From: an archaeon
GTDB taxonomy: Archaea > Nanobdellota > Nanobdellia > Pacearchaeales > GW2011-AR1
Direction: 5' to 3'
NCBI GenBank assembly: GCA_021107855.1
Contig: JAIORZ010000002.1
Location: 64,148 to 128,147 of the forward strand
DNA length: 64,000 nt
Shown: one piece after another, positions 35,429 through 43,418 of the stretch
How the letters are laid out: each line of letters begins with the position of its first letter
How positions within the stretch are numbered: position 1 is the first letter of the stretch
Notes under the pieces: model-generated
Told to the model about the DNA's origin: nothing
The model's input: only the letters and a program-made list of their open reading frames with translations
Database searches by the model: none
Made by a program: the position numbers and the translations under genes

Positions 35429-36676
35429 TCACTTTCTTTTCAACCCTAACACAACTATAAAATAAACCAAACTAGTAAGAACTGTCCCTATAAGCCATCC
35501 AACACCGACGCCGAATAAACCTTTGTCAATCAAGAAATAAATTAATCCAATCATTAGAACAGCCTGAATCAAACCCATAAAAATTAATTTACCTATTTTT
35601 TTCTTAATTTGCAATATTCTTCCAAAAACCTCATTCACCCCAACAAAAATCCCACTAACTGTCAAAACTCTTAATAGCCCAAACCCCTCAACAGCATATT
35701 CCGCCCTAAACAACCCCAGCACCAAATCCCCAAAAAAGAAAACCAAAACAATAGCAGGAATCAAAATAATTCCAATAATCTTCACCGCCTTCCAAACTAA
35801 CTTCCTCAAATCCCTCTCACTATAACTCCCCTCAGCAAACAAACTCTGACTAACAGCCTGCGGAATCACAAACAACAACCCCGCAATCATCATCGGCATC
35901 CAATAAAACGCAACCATTTCAGCCCCCAACCTATTCAAAATCATAATCGGCAAAATCATCAAAGGCAACCCCCCAATAAACCCAGCAACATAATTCCCAA
36001 AACTATACTTCCCCATCTGCTTAACAATAGAATTATAAAACACCAACTTCGGCTTATAATCAAACTTAACCACCAAAATCCAAAACAAAATTCCCAAAGC
36101 AACAACAAGCGACAACATCCAAGAAACAAAAATCCCAAAAGCCCCCAATCCAACAAACAAAAACAAACCCCCAATCTTCAAAAAACTAAAAACACTATTC
36201 TTAACCAAAATATACTTAGTACTCCTAAACGCAATAAAAACACTATCCATCAAACTCCCAATCCCAGCAAAAGCCATAAAGAAAATAAACGCAAAAGCAA
36301 AAATAGCATTCTCCCTAATAAAAACCAACTCAGGCGAAAAATAAGAAATAAACATAACATAAGCACTAGCCACCCCAATACTAAACAAAAACACCAAACT
36401 AAAACAACTATTTATCTTATTACTCTTATCCCGACTCTTAGGCAAATACCGAATCAACCCAACATTAAGTCCCAAAACCGAAAGCCCAGTAATCAACCCC
36501 ATAACCGAAATAATCGTCGTAGCAAGCCCAATATCAACAGTCGAATAAAGCCGCGCCGCAAGCATCCAAAAAACAAACCCAAACAACGACATAACCGCAG
36601 TCGAAGCAATCATAAAAATCGAATTCCGATACAAACTATCTTTCATAATCTTCCTTAAATTTTTAATTAATTTCAT
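35429..36676 (-). CDS. Polysaccharide/oligosaccharide flippase (MOP/Wzx-like)
   Basis: The 415-aa product has ~12 hydrophobic helices in a typical Wzx-like layout and sits next to the glycan cluster. Confidence 0.6.
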   Translation of the reverse strand: MKLIKNLRKIMKDSLYRNSIFMIASTAVMSLFGFVFWMLAARLYSTVDIGLATTIISVMGLITGLSVLGLNVGLIRYLPKSRDKSNKINSCFSLVFLFSIGVASAYVMFISYFSPELVFIRENAIFAFAFIFFMAFAGIGSLMDSVFIAFRSTKYILVKNSVFSFLKIGGLFLFVGLGAFGIFVSWMLSLVVALGILFWILVVKFDYKPKLVFYNSIVKQMGKYSFGNYVAGFIGGLPLMILPIMILNRLGAEMVAFYWMPMMIAGLLFVIPQAVSQSLFAEGSYSERDLRKLVWKAVKIIGIILIPAIVLVFFFGDLVLGLFRAEYAVEGFGLLRVLTVSGIFVGVNEVFGRILQIKKKIGKLIFMGLIQAVLMIGLIYFLIDKGLFGVGVGWLIGTVLTSLVYFIVVLGLKRK

Positions 36677-36678
36677 TA

Positions 36679-37248
36679 TTATCTAAAATCCCCAGATTTT
36701 AATTTAACCCACTTAGAGCAAGACTGTTTTAAGTAATTTGACGTAGAAAATTTCGAATTCCGAACTCTATCAAAATAGGTATACAAGATTATCTTTATAC
36801 CTTTATCCTTCATCCGCTTTATCACAGGAACAAAATCGGAATCAGAAGCAATTAAAATTATCTTACTTACATCCGGAAAAGTTTCTCTCAAATCATACAT
36901 ATCCATAATAACCAAAGCATCAACTCCCTTCTGATAAAAATGAAAATCACCATTCGAATCAATATTTTTCAAACATCTTCCTTCTCTCAACGTTATCCAA
37001 TTTTTCTTCTTAAGCATTTTAACCATCCTTTGATAATTACTCATTAAACGGGATTCTAATTTTGTAGGATTCTTACTTTGATATGGCGGCGCCAAATAAA
37101 TAAAAATATGTTCCAAGTCAAGATTTTCCTTATCACAAATATTTCTAAACGTTTGCAAATATTTATTTTTCTTTCCAAATTCTTTTTGAAAATGATTTTT
37201 AACCAATCCAAAAAATCCATCATCCACAAAAATCACAACTTTATCCAT
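36679..37248 (-). CDS. NYN/LabA-like domain protein
   Basis: The ORF is trimmed to ATG 37248..37246 (MDKVVIFVDDGFFG). ILIASDSDFVPVIKRMKDKGIKIILY matches the NYN (DUF88/LabA) acidic motifs. Confidence 0.6.
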   Translation of the reverse strand: MDKVVIFVDDGFFGLVKNHFQKEFGKKNKYLQTFRNICDKENLDLEHIFIYLAPPYQSKNPTKLESRLMSNYQRMVKMLKKKNWITLREGRCLKNIDSNGDFHFYQKGVDALVIMDMYDLRETFPDVSKIILIASDSDFVPVIKRMKDKGIKIILYTYFDRVRNSKFSTSNYLKQSCSKWVKLKSGDFR

Positions 37249-37394
37249 AAAATTCCTCCAATAAAAAAAGACATCCAGCAACCAAAAGATTACTGGGGCT
37301 CATACTCACAATCCGAAAATTGCTAATAACCCCAAGGTCACCCAGTTTATAAAGTTTACTTCTCCCAAAACTATTCATCTTCTTCTCGCTCCCC

Positions 37395-38396
37395 TCATTT
37401 CCCAACCCTCGCCCAATCATAAAACAAAAACCAAAACACCGAAAAATAAACCAAAAAGAAAACCATCCCAACATAAGAATGATACAACCCAATAGCAATC
37501 TCTTCAGAAATATAAGCCCCAATAACAAATAACAAAAACACCCTAAAAACATTAACAAAAAAAGCCCCAACAATAGCCGGAACAAAAACCAAAACAACCT
37601 TCAACCTATCCAGCTTCCCCCAATCCAAAATCACAGCGAACAAATAAAGAGAACTAAAAATAAAAATCGAATAAACCCCAGAACAAGCCTCCCCAATCTC
37701 AGCAGCAAAACCCCCAAAACTAAAAGTATACTGATTAATAACGACAACATCCCCAACAAGCCCCAACAAAAAAGAAGTAACCCTAACAACAATCAAACTA
37801 AGAAACGGCCAAAGCCTCCAAACATAATACATCAAAGAATAAACAATAACACCGAAAATAAAGAAATACAAAAGCTCCCTCTTAAACTTCCTAAAAAAAT
37901 CACGCAAAAAATTCAAACCAAAAATCCCAATAATCAAAAAAACAAAAATAGCCAAAAACAACAAATGAAAAAGAAAAATCCCAAGAACACTAGGTGAAAA
38001 CTTCCCAATATTCAAATTCAGGCCCACCAGGGTCATGCCGTTTGAGGCCAAAATATAAAATCCAATAACACATAAAAGAGACAACTCCAACATCAAGAGA
38101 CTCACTTTCTCACGCTTAAAAAAACTCAACTTCAACAACCTATCCCGATAAAACAAAACAAACCCAAAAATCGAAAACAACAAAACCTTCCCCATCCCCC
38201 CATAAATAAAAAACTTAAACCCATAAAGCAAAGACGAAGCAACAATCCTCTGCCCAATCGCAAAAGATATCAAAATAAACAAACCCAAAAAAACCCCAGT
38301 CTTAACAAGAAACTGCCGAAACCCTTTCTCCAATACCATAACAAAACATAAAAAAATCAATATATAACCCTTCCTAAATCCAAAAACTCTTCTCAA
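37395..38396 (-). CDS. Archaeosortase/exosortase-family transpeptidase
   Basis: The protein is a polytopic membrane protein. EIGEACSGVYSIFIF (Cys), NVFRVFLLFVIG (Arg) and GLYHSYVG (His) occur in the order expected for the catalytic triad. Three PEF-CTERM-type substrates lie in the window. The start may be the MVLEKGF Met (38339). Confidence 0.65.
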   Translation of the reverse strand: MRRVFGFRKGYILIFLCFVMVLEKGFRQFLVKTGVFLGLFILISFAIGQRIVASSLLYGFKFFIYGGMGKVLLFSIFGFVLFYRDRLLKLSFFKREKVSLLMLELSLLCVIGFYILASNGMTLVGLNLNIGKFSPSVLGIFLFHLLFLAIFVFLIIGIFGLNFLRDFFRKFKRELLYFFIFGVIVYSLMYYVWRLWPFLSLIVVRVTSFLLGLVGDVVVINQYTFSFGGFAAEIGEACSGVYSIFIFSSLYLFAVILDWGKLDRLKVVLVFVPAIVGAFFVNVFRVFLLFVIGAYISEEIAIGLYHSYVGMVFFLVYFSVFWFLFYDWARVGK

Positions 38397-38772
38397 TAAT
38401 AAAATAATCCATAATCAAATGAATCACAATAGCAACAAGAAAACTAACATTAATAAAAATCCACATCCTAAAATTCTTCCAACTAACCCACTTAACTTTA
38501 TACAAGCAAAACAAAACAAAAACAACAAAAACACAAAGCACAACCCAAGTCCAAATACTATGCGTATAAACATGCAAAGGACCGTAAAACGGATCCGTCA
38601 TCATCTCCCCAAAACTCGCCGTCTTAAGCCGAACAGCAGGAATCCCAAACTTAATACTATCCGGTATCAAAGTTCCAACAACAAACCCATACCCATACTT
38701 CCAATTAAACAGCAACCAAACTACAACAAATCCTACAACTGCAACAGTCAAATGAGATAATACGCCAGGCAT
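38374..38772 (-). CDS. DUF457/YdjM-like membrane-bound metal-dependent hydrolase (132 aa)
   Basis: The protein shows MPGVLSHLTVAV...GTLIPDSIKFG motifs and four hydrophobic helices. Confidence 0.4.
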   Translation of the reverse strand: MPGVLSHLTVAVVGFVVVWLLFNWKYGYGFVVGTLIPDSIKFGIPAVRLKTASFGEMMTDPFYGPLHVYTHSIWTWVVLCVFVVFVLFCLYKVKWVSWKNFRMWIFINVSFLVAIVIHLIMDYFIIEKSFWI

Positions 38773-38801
38773 AAATCAACATCCCACAACTTCTATATAA
38801 A

Positions 38802-39428
38802 CTATTCCCCAAAAAACCCTAAAATAAAATCCATAAACCCACCCTTCTCCCGAATCTCCCCACCATCAGAATACACAAGTTCCCCCAAAACCAACGGCTC
38901 CTCATCCACACAAGTCCTCACCTCGTCGATATTAACCTCACAATTAGAAGAACACGTCCTCATCTCAATCCCATCAACACAACTACTCCAAAGCCCACAA
39001 TCCAAAAACAACTCCTTACAATCCCCACCCCTACGAATCTCCTCCTCTTCCTCCTCCCTCACCATAACAACATTAAAAACTTTATTCCGCAAAATCTTAT
39101 CCCTCAAATCAATAGTCCACATATCCGAATAATCCACAACCCATCCAAAACTCAAGTCCTCAAACCCATCCTTAGAAAACCGCATCTCCAAATTCCCCCC
39201 ATCCACACAATCCTCACCAGAAAAACTAACACCATAAGCACCATCAGCATAAGTCGTATCCAAAGCAACAACCCCACAACTAAACCAAACATCAACATCT
39301 CCAATAACATCCCAACCAATATGGTCCTCATAAACAATCCCAGCAAACGAAATCTCCTCAGGAACCTCACAAGCATGCACCAAAGAAACAACCAAAAACA
39401 AAACCGCCACCAAACCAAATTTTCTCAT
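38802..39428 (-). CDS. Secreted protein with CarboxypepD_reg-like domain and Cys-rich C-terminal region (208 aa)
   Basis: A signal peptide is present. FAGIVYEDHIGWDVIGDVDVWFSCG...ADGAYGVSFSGEDC is homologous in pattern to 22309, 23568 and 39923. No C-terminal anchor is visible. Confidence 0.7.
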   Translation of the reverse strand: MRKFGLVAVLFLVVSLVHACEVPEEISFAGIVYEDHIGWDVIGDVDVWFSCGVVALDTTYADGAYGVSFSGEDCVDGGNLEMRFSKDGFEDLSFGWVVDYSDMWTIDLRDKILRNKVFNVVMVREEEEEEIRRGGDCKELFLDCGLWSSCVDGIEMRTCSSNCEVNIDEVRTCVDEEPLVLGELVYSDGGEIREKGGFMDFILGFFGE

Positions 39429-39491
39429 CCCACCAAAAACCCAGTATTTTTTATAAGCTTTATCGTGATAAGAAATATATTATAGAAACAC

Positions 39492-39926
39492 TCAATCCCT
39501 TCTAACAACAAAAAATATCCCAACCGCACTCAAAGCAGTCAACATCCCAATAACAAATCCAAACTCAGGAACAACATGATAATTATCAAACTTATTATTA
39601 AAGTCAGCTTTATACACCCCACAATCTCCTTCCGCAACCTCATAAGCATCAAAACAAAAATACCCAGAATCATCAACAACATAACTTCCAAAAGCAACAA
39701 TATCATTAGGATCACAAGAAGCCTCTCCCGGCTGACCCTTTATTTCCCAATCATATTCCCCAGGAACAAAACCATCTCCCCTAATATAAACATGCTCCCC
39801 AATATCATACTCATTCGCATCTTGCGGAACACAACCCACCTTCGTAGTCCAAATAGCACCAGTCCCAGCACTAGCAAGACCAACAAAAAACATTCCCATC
39901 AACAACATAACAAATAATTTTCTCAT
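39492..39926 (-). CDS. PEF-CTERM-type sorting-signal protein (144 aa)
   Basis: The protein has a signal peptide and the C-terminus VVPEFGFVIGMLTALSAVGIFFVVRRD. It overlaps the upstream gene by 4 nt. Confidence 0.75.
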   Translation of the reverse strand: MRKLFVMLLMGMFFVGLASAGTGAIWTTKVGCVPQDANEYDIGEHVYIRGDGFVPGEYDWEIKGQPGEASCDPNDIVAFGSYVVDDSGYFCFDAYEVAEGDCGVYKADFNNKFDNYHVVPEFGFVIGMLTALSAVGIFFVVRRD

Positions 39927-40474
39927 TCTTTCCTTACCACAAAAAATATCCCAACCGCACTCAAAGCAGTCAACATCCCAATAACAAGCCCAAACTCAGG
40001 AACCATAGGAACACAAATACAAACAACATTCCAACAATCCAAAATCTTATCCTTAACTTCCTTAGGACCTCCAGTGCCAACCAACCCATCTTTCTCAGCA
40101 TTAACAGTCACAAAATCCCCAATAGTACAATCCGAGTCATCAAACTTAACAACATAAAAACCACCAATCAAACTCTGAGTATACATAGTAGTCAACGCCC
40201 CATCATGGTCACAGATAATCTCAACATTAGCTCCAACAATCCCAACACCAGACGCCTCATCAAAAACTATCCCCTTAACAATCGTCTTCACAGGATAACA
40301 ATCATTACACATAGTACCAAACGTCCCAGCCTCAGCCTCGACATACTCACAAGTCACATCATCATCCCCAACCGCACAAACAATATCCTCATCCTCATAA
40401 ACATAAGACTCAGCACCAACAAAGCCAAGGGCTAAAACAAACATTCCAACAAGCATCAAAGTCATAACTTTCAT
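39923..40474 (-). CDS. PEF-CTERM-type sorting-signal protein with CarboxypepD_reg-like domain (183 aa)
   Basis: The ORF is trimmed to ATG 40474..40472 (MKVMTLMLVGMFVLALGFVGA). The C-terminus is MVPEFGLVIGMLTALSAVGIFFVVRKE. Confidence 0.75.
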   Translation of the reverse strand: MKVMTLMLVGMFVLALGFVGAESYVYEDEDIVCAVGDDDVTCEYVEAEAGTFGTMCNDCYPVKTIVKGIVFDEASGVGIVGANVEIICDHDGALTTMYTQSLIGGFYVVKFDDSDCTIGDFVTVNAEKDGLVGTGGPKEVKDKILDCWNVVCICVPMVPEFGLVIGMLTALSAVGIFFVVRKE

Positions 40475-40538
40475 AGAAAACCCACGAAGCTCATCTTTAA
40501 ATAAATTGTGGCAAAAAAACACTACCTATTAGAGACAA

Positions 40539-41231
40539 TTAAATAAGACTAGGAACAACAAAAATAAAAACAGAAACAGGCAAACTAAAAGCTATACTCA
40601 AAAGAATATTTCTCGTAGACGAATACAACAAGCCAGAAAATATTCCAATAAAGAAAAACAGAACAGCCAATCCAGCCCCAAGATAAAGAGACAGTGCCCC
40701 ATAAACCATAGCAGGAACAAGAACAGAATAAAAATTACCACAACATTTCCTAACCGAATTCTGCATCAACCCCCTAAAAAAAATCTCCTCAGAAAAAACA
40801 ACCAAAGGCAACAGCATAATCAAAGCCAACTCCTTATCAACAGCAAACACAAAATTACCCAAAACACCAACAAGAATCCCAGAAAGAACAACAATAGGTA
40901 AAGCCCAAAGAAACTTCCAAACCCCCCCAAGATTAATATTAAACTTATACAAATAATACATCCCCAAAAACAACAAAACCCCATAACCCAAAAACATCTT
41001 CCAAATATAAGAAATATCCATAAACAACCCCGCAACTCTCACCAACGGAACAACCAAAAAAACAACAATCATCCGATCAACATCAATCAACCTCTCCCTC
41101 CGAAGAACCACAAGCAACACAATATTCATCAATACCAAATACATAAACGCCCCAGCATTCTCACTAACCCCCATAATAATTTCATTCAGCAAAACAAACA
41201 ACGCAAAACCCAAAGCGATAAGCCTTTTCAT
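40539..41231 (-). CDS. CPBP/Abi-like intramembrane protein (possibly degenerate protease)
   Basis: The ORF is trimmed to ATG 41231..41229. The EExxxR motif is present (SEEIFFRG), but the canonical FxxxH and HxxxN histidines are not seen. Confidence 0.45.
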   Translation of the reverse strand: MKRLIALGFALFVLLNEIIMGVSENAGAFMYLVLMNIVLLVVLRRERLIDVDRMIVVFLVVPLVRVAGLFMDISYIWKMFLGYGVLLFLGMYYLYKFNINLGGVWKFLWALPIVVLSGILVGVLGNFVFAVDKELALIMLLPLVVFSEEIFFRGLMQNSVRKCCGNFYSVLVPAMVYGALSLYLGAGLAVLFFFIGIFSGLLYSSTRNILLSIAFSLPVSVFIFVVPSLI

Positions 41232-41277
41232 AAATAAACCTCTTTTCCTGAATATATAAAATTTAGGGTAACAACAA

Positions 41278-41478
41278 TTACCATTTCGCCGCAATATTCT
41301 GAACAAAAACAATAACAAAAAGAATCATAAGGACAGCAATAATAGGAGTCAACAATTTCCTCACCTTAAGACTCCCAAGCTCAACAGTCATCAAATAAAT
41401 TATCAACAACACAGACAACGCAATAGGAGAAATAATCCCACCAAATCCATCAATTATCATAACCCAAAACACCAACAA
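41278..41478 (-). CDS. Small two-helix membrane protein (66 aa), hypothetical
   Basis: This is a hydrophobic ORF on the coding-dominant strand in an otherwise empty gap. Confidence 0.35.
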   Translation of the reverse strand: MLVFWVMIIDGFGGIISPIALSVLLIIYLMTVELGSLKVRKLLTPIIAVLMILFVIVFVQNIAAKW

Positions 41479-41514
41479 CTTTATTTAAAACTTCCTAACA
41501 AACAATTCTAAATA

Positions 41515-41522
41515 TTTATAAA
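41515..41522 (+). promoter_or_regulatory. TATA box for 41544..43388
   Basis: tttataaa ends 22 nt before the ATG. Confidence 0.45.
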
Positions 41523-41543
41523 CAACACATCCCTACATCAACC

Positions 41544-43388
41544 ATGAAAAAGAGCGTGACATTCCTAGCCCTACTACTAATCCTATTCACATCAACCCTA
41601 ATCCTATCCGACAACGCAACAAACTCAAGCTCCACGACAACAACCACAAATCCCGAAACAAACAAAGAAAAAATCCAACTAGCCTTCGAGTGCCTAGAAG
41701 AAAAAGCCTCCGACTGCTCCGGTCTAACAACCCAAGAAATCGCGCTAACAATTCTCGCAACACCAGATAACATCTTCGACGATTGCGTAGACGAATTAAA
41801 ATCCAAAGAATCCTCAAACAACTGGGGAAACGTCCGTGACACCGCCTTAGCAATCCTAGCCTTAAAACACGCAGGCGAAGATACCGAGCCCTCCGAAGAA
41901 TGGCTGATAAAACAAAACCGAACCCCAACAAGCCTAGAATGGTTCATCCAACAAGACTCAATAGCAGCAGCCGAATGCCACCTCGCATACAACACACAAG
42001 ATTACACAATCAATATAGGGGAAAACAAGAAAATCGACATGAACGCCGGACCGTGCCTAACCCGAGCCCAACTAAACTTCTGGCTAGAAATATCCCCAGA
42101 CTGCTACAACACCAGATTCCAAATAGAATGCGACCAAGATTTCATCGCAAACCTCCTCTACAAAAACAAACAATCCCCAACAATCTACGTTCTAGACCAA
42201 ACGATGTCATCCCCAGCATACGGCTCAATAGACCTATACGTAAGATCAAAATGCTTCGGAGAAAGTTCATGCGAATATGAAGCAACAGCCTGGGCAGCAG
42301 CCGCACTACAAGAAACCGGACACAACATCGAAGAATACATCCCATACATAATCGCAGCGTCGGAAACAAACCAAAAATACCTACCTGAATCATTCATCTA
42401 CATCGTAACAAACTACGAAGACTACGCAGGCAAACTAATCGCAGAACAAAAACTCGGAAACTACTGGGAAGCACCATCAAGCGCATACAACAAATACTAC
42501 GACACAGCTCTAGCCTTAATAGCACTAGGCTCCTCATCCTCAGAACAAATCACAAAAGCCCGTGACTGGCTATACTTCTCACAAGGCGCAAACGGCTGCT
42601 GGCATAATTCAATAAAAGAAACAGCAATAGTCTTATGGGCGCTAGAAGGAAGGGCAGGAAAATCAGGCGGCGGCGGAAGTAGCGTAACACATTGCTCCGA
42701 AGCAAATTACTTCTGTATCCCATCAAGCGAATGTCCAAGCGAAGAAGATGTCGGAGATAGCTATTTCTGCCCATCCCTATCAGACACATGTTGCATAAAC
42801 GAAAACCTACTAATGTGCTCCGAATATGCAGGAGAAGTCTGTTCATCAAACCAAGTCTGCACAGGCAACGAAAGAAAAGCATCCGACACGGACAACTGTT
42901 GCACCGGCTCATGCCAAGAAAAACCCCAAGAAACCGAATGCGAATCAAATTTCTACACATGTATGAGCAGCTGCTCCGAATACCAAGAACCAATCTCAAC
43001 ATATTCATGTAACCAAGGTCAATCCTGTTGCCGAACAAAAACCACAGACGACGGTGGCTCAGCATGGTGGATATGGCTATTAATAATCCTAATCCTAGCA
43101 GCCCTAGGAGCAATAGGCTACGTATACAGAGACAAACTCAAACTATACTACTTCCAGTTAAAAACAAAATTCAAAAAAGACGGCGGCAAAGGCAAAGGCA
43201 AAGGACCCTCAAGAGGTCGTCCAGGATTCCCCCCAAGACCAGGCATGCCACCACGTCCAGGATTTCCCCCAGTAAGAAGAGCACACTCCGCCCCATCCAA
43301 ATCCGCCCCACCAAAAAAACGCTCCTACGACAGAAGAGACAAAGCAATGTCAGACACCTTCAAAAAACTCCAAAGCATGTCTAGTTAA
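41544..43388 (+). CDS. Anchored surface protein with prenyltransferase/terpene-cyclase-like alpha-alpha repeats, Cys-rich stalk, TM helix and Pro/Arg-rich cytoplasmic tail (614 aa)
   Basis: A signal peptide is present. Repeat motifs WGNVRDTALAILALKHAG, YYDTALALIALG and GCWHNSIKETAIVLWALEG occur. The TM helix reads WWIWLLIILILAALGAIGYVY. The tail reads GKGKGKGPSRGRPGFPPRPGMPPRPGFPP. Confidence 0.7.
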   Translation: MKKSVTFLALLLILFTSTLILSDNATNSSSTTTTTNPETNKEKIQLAFECLEEKASDCSGLTTQEIALTILATPDNIFDDCVDELKSKESSNNWGNVRDTALAILALKHAGEDTEPSEEWLIKQNRTPTSLEWFIQQDSIAAAECHLAYNTQDYTINIGENKKIDMNAGPCLTRAQLNFWLEISPDCYNTRFQIECDQDFIANLLYKNKQSPTIYVLDQTMSSPAYGSIDLYVRSKCFGESSCEYEATAWAAAALQETGHNIEEYIPYIIAASETNQKYLPESFIYIVTNYEDYAGKLIAEQKLGNYWEAPSSAYNKYYDTALALIALGSSSSEQITKARDWLYFSQGANGCWHNSIKETAIVLWALEGRAGKSGGGGSSVTHCSEANYFCIPSSECPSEEDVGDSYFCPSLSDTCCINENLLMCSEYAGEVCSSNQVCTGNERKASDTDNCCTGSCQEKPQETECESNFYTCMSSCSEYQEPISTYSCNQGQSCCRTKTTDDGGSAWWIWLLIILILAALGAIGYVYRDKLKLYYFQLKTKFKKDGGKGKGKGPSRGRPGFPPRPGMPPRPGFPPVRRAHSAPSKSAPPKKRSYDRRDKAMSDTFKKLQSMSS

Positions 43389-43418
43389 ATTTATTAACAT
43401 TCCAATCTCTCACACTTC

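Noticed and set aside
37241-37597. A 118-aa - strand ORF overlapping the 3' end of the archaeosortase gene.
   Set aside because: It is an out-of-frame overlap with a gene that has conserved catalytic motifs to its end. Its translation is Leu/Phe/Cys-rich and typical of an alternative frame of a membrane-protein gene.
41516-43113. - strand ORFs 41516..41995, 41587..41931, 42142..42397 and 42550..43113 inside the 41544..43388 gene.
   Set aside because: They overlap a + strand gene with a signal peptide, recognisable repeats and a TM anchor. Their translations are Leu/Arg/Cys-rich mirror-frame products.
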